From Staphylococcus phage pSco-10, in sequence record KX011028.1: a stretch of DNA of 64,000 nt; one strand, written 5' to 3'. A program made the position numbers and the translations under genes. This document shows positions 60,022 through 64,000 of the stretch, piece after piece; position 1 is the stretch's first letter, and the number at the start of each line of letters is the position of its first letter. Under the pieces are notes generated by a model. The model ran no database searches. It was not told the origin of the DNA and saw only the letters and a list, made by a program, of their open reading frames with translations.

Positions 60022-61068
60022 ACCCAGTGAATAATTATAAAAGGCTTGTTTTGATTCTGTGTTCATTTCTTTTTCAACAAGTTGGTCTGCAGAAATCCAT
60101 ACAGCGTTCATTTGAGATATATAGTAACCTCTAATACCTGAGTTATTTTTGGTTCTATCAGGGTAACGACATTCCCATACCCCATTATACCATCTATCTA
60201 AAGGTTTACCACATTTTTGACATACATATTGATAAGTACCATCTTGAACTGTTTTTGCTGTTTCATCTATACCATCAGGATTAACTAATAATAAATTACC
60301 ACTTTCCATCAAATTATTTTCATCATATGGTGCATATTTCATCTCATTATGATAATCACAATGTTGACAAACATGTGCATAATACCATTGGTCAGATTGT
60401 TGGTAAAGTTTATGAATACCAATTCCAGGTGCTGAAGGTGTTGAGAACCTACGTACTATTTGGAATGTAGAACTTGACATGGACTCTAGTGCAGAAGACT
60501 CAGCAAGGCTATTTACCCTCTCATATTCATCCATTGCAAGAAAATCTATATCTACACCTTCTACTGTTCCTGGTTTACTACTTGTTCTAAAGAATAAACT
60601 AGAGTTTCTTATCTGTTTATACCCTAAAGAATCTTTATCCCAATTAACTATATCAGTAAAATATCTCTTCTCTAATACAGGATTTAACCTAGATTGAACA
60701 AATTTTTTCATCTGCTCGTTGGTCGGGAAGGTGTAAAGACATTTAGGTGATTTATAACTATACATATCTGCAAAATGAACCATTTCCATTACACTCATCT
60801 CACTCAAACCAAGCTGTCTGCTTTTTATTACTGCTTTATTTGGATGAGTGTCATTTACTATACGGACTTGCCACGGTCTATGAGCCTGTGCTTTACTTCT
60901 ATCCCTCTTAGGAATACTGAAAGTTATAGGGTGACCCCTTAACGTGTGATACTTAAGCATATAGGTAGAAGGGTTTAACATATTGATTATATGGTCTACC
61001 TGTTCTCTTGTTATTTTTTCTGTTTGAAATGTTTCTTGTGCTATCTTAATTAGTTCTTTTCCATCCAT
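60022..61068 (-). CDS. terL: terminase large subunit exon 1 (ATPase domain)
   Basis: 349 codons of terminase ATPase up to ...NYSLG. The track ORF continues only AAA TAG into the intron. Confidence 0.8.
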
Positions 61069-61082
61069 TTATATCTTTCTCC

Positions 61083-61493
61083 TTAGAATGTCTCAGAATT
61101 TTCCTCATTCATTACTCTTTCCTTCTCGGAAATCATTTCTGTAATATCTTCCGCTGACATTTCTGATATTTTTTGTAAGTCTACAGTAGACTCTCCGTTA
61201 CTATCTTCTGTTGTAATCTCTTCAAATAATTCTTGTTGAGGTCTAGATAGCTGAGGTATTGCTCCGCCTTCAGAAGTTTCATTAACCATATTCTGCATTT
61301 GGGAGAATATCACAAATAGTTTATATAAATCATTAGGGTCTTTAACTTCTATTTCTTTATTATCTACTTTTTTATTGAATTCATACATTAATTTACCGAT
61401 ACCATTCATAAATCCATCAGCTATATATTTTCTTGTATCCTCTTCTTCTAACTTTTTCTTGTTAATTATATCTCTAATATTTTCTGCACTCAA
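61083..61493 (-). CDS. hypothetical protein
   Basis: 136-aa acidic ORF. Confidence 0.55.
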   Translation of the reverse strand: MSAENIRDIINKKKLEEEDTRKYIADGFMNGIGKLMYEFNKKVDNKEIEVKDPNDLYKLFVIFSQMQNMVNETSEGGAIPQLSRPQQELFEEITTEDSNGESTVDLQKISEMSAEDITEMISEKERVMNEENSETF

Positions 61494-61768
61494 TCCATTT
61501 CACCTCGTTTTCTTAAATTTTTATAACAATTATTGATATCAGCACAGATATCAAAATAAATATACTTAGAATACTGTAAATGAAAATGATTAACTTTTGC
61601 TAATGCTTTCCCTTTAGTGTAATTCATACCTGATAACTGCTGACCGCATAGACTACAAATTCTACTAGGACTAGCTATTCTCTTATCTCCTTTTTTTACT
61701 AAAGAAACAGTTGTAGCACCGTCCTTAAGTTCTTTCCTTTGTTCTTTAATTTCTTTCTTCGTTTTCAT
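61490..61768 (-). CDS. hypothetical protein with a CxxC...CxxxxC zinc-ribbon-like segment
   Basis: 92-aa ORF. Confidence 0.5.
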   Translation of the reverse strand: MKTKKEIKEQRKELKDGATTVSLVKKGDKRIASPSRICSLCGQQLSGMNYTKGKALAKVNHFHLQYSKYIYFDICADINNCYKNLRKRGEMD

Positions 61769-62132
61769 CGTAATCTTCCTTTTTACTATCTCCCTCTATC
61801 CTTCTTTGGGCTTTAGCTCTAACTTTTATCTCTTCTGCTGTTATACCGTAGTTACTTTCTATGATTTTCTTGATTATTCTTATTTCTTTATCATTTATCT
61901 CTACCTGTTTAAGAACGTACTCAGGTAAGGGGTCTTCTTTCTTAAGTAGGAACTTATCTGTTATAGTAAGTGCGACATTAGAAACGATACCGCCAAAGAG
62001 AAAGTATGTCATAACTACACTCGGTCTTATTGAGTAAATAAGTGACAAGGAATTAATAACAGACAAAATTAGCAGTAAGAATATAATAATAACCAAAGTT
62101 TTGAATATGAATATAGCTATGTTATTATTCAA
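61746..62132 (-). CDS. membrane protein (2 TM)
   Basis: N-terminal hydrophobic helices. Confidence 0.55.
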   Translation of the reverse strand: MNNNIAIFIFKTLVIIIFLLLILSVINSLSLIYSIRPSVVMTYFLFGGIVSNVALTITDKFLLKKEDPLPEYVLKQVEINDKEIRIIKKIIESNYGITAEEIKVRAKAQRRIEGDSKKEDYDENEERN

Positions 62133-62181
62133 CCACTTTAACCTCCTATTGTCTTTTTTTATTATATTATTAATCTAACAA

Positions 62182-62214
62182 TTGACTTTTATGACCGTCT
62201 TTTAATGTTATATT
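62182..62214 (+). promoter_or_regulatory. putative extended -10 promoter in the divergent intergenic region
   Basis: TGtTATATT at 62206-62214. The upstream TTGACT at 62182-62187 is 21 nt away, which is suboptimal. Confidence 0.35.
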
Positions 62215-62271
62215 AGTGGTGTAATCTAAAAGTTCTAGAAATAATAGGTCAAAAGAAATAGGTGTTTAACA

Positions 62272-62538
62272 ATGATTATCGTATCTTTTTTTGTGTCTAT
62301 ACCTCTTTTTTGTTTCTATTATTTTATACTTAGTGGTGTTACAACGTCTTTAGGTTATTCTATCTATAGAAAAGATAAAAGTAAGATAACTATTAATATA
62401 GTATATCTATCAGCTATCTACGGTTTATCTGTTTTTAGTATTTGGCTTATTTTCTCAGAAAAAATAATTATTATCGTTATCCTTAATATAATTATAATAA
62501 CTGCTTTTATCATAACTATTATACCACAAAATAAGTAA
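62272..62538 (+). CDS. small membrane protein (3 TM)
   Basis: 88 aa, hydrophobic. Confidence 0.55.
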   Translation: MIIVSFFVSIPLFCFYYFILSGVTTSLGYSIYRKDKSKITINIVYLSAIYGLSVFSIWLIFSEKIIIIVILNIIIITAFIITIIPQNK

Positions 62539-62570
62539 AATTAAAAATTAATAGTAAGGAGGTTACCACT

Positions 62571-62897
62571 TTGACTAAATATAAGGATATCCTTAAGTTA
62601 GAGTTTAAAGATGCACTAGCCCATTTTAAAAGAGACAGACGCTATTTCCACGTCTATAGAATAGACAGAGTATTAATAAATGGCTCAATTATATACTTCG
62701 ACTATTATTACCTTCCTTCTGATGACCCAAATATTGTAATAAAAGAATTAGACCTCCAAAGTTTTGGTAAGCTTAGGTTTGAAATTGATACAAAAACATC
62801 TTACGGAAAAGTCGTTACGGATAATTATATGGAGATTATCAATGATTTCTTAGAAAATTATGATATCCATTCTGAGTCTGAAACGGTTAGACCTTAG
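62571..62897 (+). CDS. hypothetical protein
   Basis: 108-aa ORF with an AAGGAGG RBS. Confidence 0.6.
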   Translation: MTKYKDILKLEFKDALAHFKRDRRYFHVYRIDRVLINGSIIYFDYYYLPSDDPNIVIKELDLQSFGKLRFEIDTKTSYGKVVTDNYMEIINDFLENYDIHSESETVRP

Positions 62898-62909
62898 AGG
62901 TGATTCTAG

Positions 62910-63242
62910 TTGGATAAGGAAATAAACAACCTTGTTTCTCAAGTAGATACTATTAAGTCTAAGATACAGGAAGGTAATTATATAGATAGAGGAACTTTCA
63001 GAGATTTAGAAGTTGAGGTAGCTGAACTAAGAAAAATGATAGTTAGTATAGATAAAGATGTAGCTGTCAATAGTGAAAAACAATCAGCAATTTACGTCCA
63101 ATTAGAAAGACTTGATGAAAAGATTTCAGAACTTGCTGAAAGTACAAAAACTAAGGATACCAAGAAAAAGGATACTACTGAGAAGGTTCTTTTACTTGTT
63201 CTAGGAGCTATATTATCCTTTGTCTTTAACAAATTTGCATAG
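62910..63242 (+). CDS. hypothetical protein with a C-terminal TM anchor
   Basis: 110 aa, coiled coil plus a C-terminal hydrophobic helix. Confidence 0.55.
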   Translation: MDKEINNLVSQVDTIKSKIQEGNYIDRGTFRDLEVEVAELRKMIVSIDKDVAVNSEKQSAIYVQLERLDEKISELAESTKTKDTKKKDTTEKVLLLVLGAILSFVFNKFA

Positions 63243-63254
63243 GAGAGATTGTAG

Positions 63255-63464
63255 ATGTCAAAACATATTGAAATAACAATGTCAAGTGGTTCTAAGTATT
63301 TTTTAGTATCTACTGATGAAAAGAGTTATAGTAGGCAAGACATAGATTATATGCTTAGTGGTGTTGATTCTGTATCAATTAAAGTATTTACTGAAAGTAA
63401 TAATGCTTCACCTCAAGTTTATATTAATCCGAAAAGAATAGAATCTTTTAAAATTGTATTTTAA
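63255..63464 (+). CDS. hypothetical protein
   Basis: 69-aa ORF with a GGAGAG RBS. Confidence 0.5.
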   Translation: MSKHIEITMSSGSKYFLVSTDEKSYSRQDIDYMLSGVDSVSIKVFTESNNASPQVYINPKRIESFKIVF

Positions 63465-63470
63465 TTATTG

Positions 63471-63497
63471 AGTGACTTTAAGTAGTCACTTTTTTAT
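63471..63497 (+). terminator. rho-independent terminator
   Basis: Hairpin agugacu/agucacu followed by a 6-nt U run. Confidence 0.65.
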
Positions 63498-63508
63498 TTG
63501 TCTTATTG

Positions 63509-63545
63509 TTGACTTCTTAACATTGTTAATTATATATTATATATT
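63509..63545 (+). promoter_or_regulatory. sigma-A type promoter that includes copy 1 of a 23-bp direct repeat
   Basis: TTGACT at 63509-63514, about 17-18 nt spacer, then TATATT/TATATA. Confidence 0.45.
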
Positions 63546-63719
63546 AGTAATTAATAATAAGTAATAAATATATATATTACTATATGAAGGTAGCTTATTT
63601 TTTAAATACGTACTTTTTCTTCTGTAAGTACTGATATAAAGGGATTTTACTCTAAATAAATATAAATTATTACTCAGAATAGTAATTTTTCTGTTCTTGT
63701 TAATTATATATTATATATT
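63523..63719 (+). repeat. two copies of a 23-bp direct repeat ttgttaattatatattatatatt (63523-63545 and 63697-63719) in an AT-rich intergenic region
   Basis: Exact 23/23 match, 174 bp apart. Confidence 0.7.
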
Positions 63720-63861
63720 TAATATTATTAATTACTTATATCAGAATATAATTATATATAATACGGAGTCCTCCTTATTTTCTAAATAGGTTAACTATCT
63801 AAATATTCAGAATACTTAAGTATACTAAAAATAAACTTTTATCAAAATAATAGTATTTGTA

Positions 63862-63890
63862 TTGACATCAAAATAATTATATGGTATATT
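63862..63890 (+). promoter_or_regulatory. sigma-A type promoter
   Basis: TTGACA at 63862-63867, 17-nt spacer, TATATT at 63885-63890. An AAAGGGAG RBS and an ATG at 63920 follow. Confidence 0.6.
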
Positions 63891-63919
63891 AGTAGTATCA
63901 AATAAAGGGAGTTGTAGTA

Positions 63920-64000
63920 ATGAAAAAAAGTAATTATAAATATCAAGTAGGAGAAATAGTAAATGGTACTTTAAAAATAGTTAGTCAAAATAAAAAAGGT
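63920..64000 (+). CDS. 5' end of a plus-strand ORF (MKKSNYKYQVGEIVNG...), truncated by the window end
   Basis: Good RBS and promoter immediately upstream. Confidence 0.45.
   Translation, partial: MKKSNYKYQVGEIVNGTLKIVSQNKKG

Overview
This window is about 64 kb of a virulent Staphylococcus Twort-like myovirus (Herelleviridae, Kayvirus/Twortvirus-like). It is AT-rich at roughly 30% GC. Almost all genes lie on the minus strand, so the window is the reverse complement of the usual map orientation. Reading from right to left, it contains: an early-region boundary with small plus-strand genes and AT-rich promoter repeats; terL, which is interrupted by a group I intron carrying a homing endonuclease; a head module with portal, prohead protease, scaffold and major capsid; tail sheath; a tail tube gene that I find to be split by two ORF-less group I introns; tape measure; a CHAP tail lysin; a glycerophosphodiesterase tail protein; baseplate proteins and receptor-binding proteins; and a replication and recombination module with SF2 helicase, DnaB-like helicase, SbcD/SbcC, primase, Hjc-like resolvase, NrdI, and nrdE exon 1 followed by an HNH-bearing group I intron. 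I count five homing-endonuclease genes: two of HNH type and three of a Vsr/DUF559-like type, one of which is split by a 28-bp duplication. Several consensus sigma-A promoters and rho-independent terminators are readable on the minus strand. Functional calls rest on motif recognition by eye, because no database search was possible. Coordinates for promoters, hairpins and splice sites are hand-counted and may be off by 1-2 nt.
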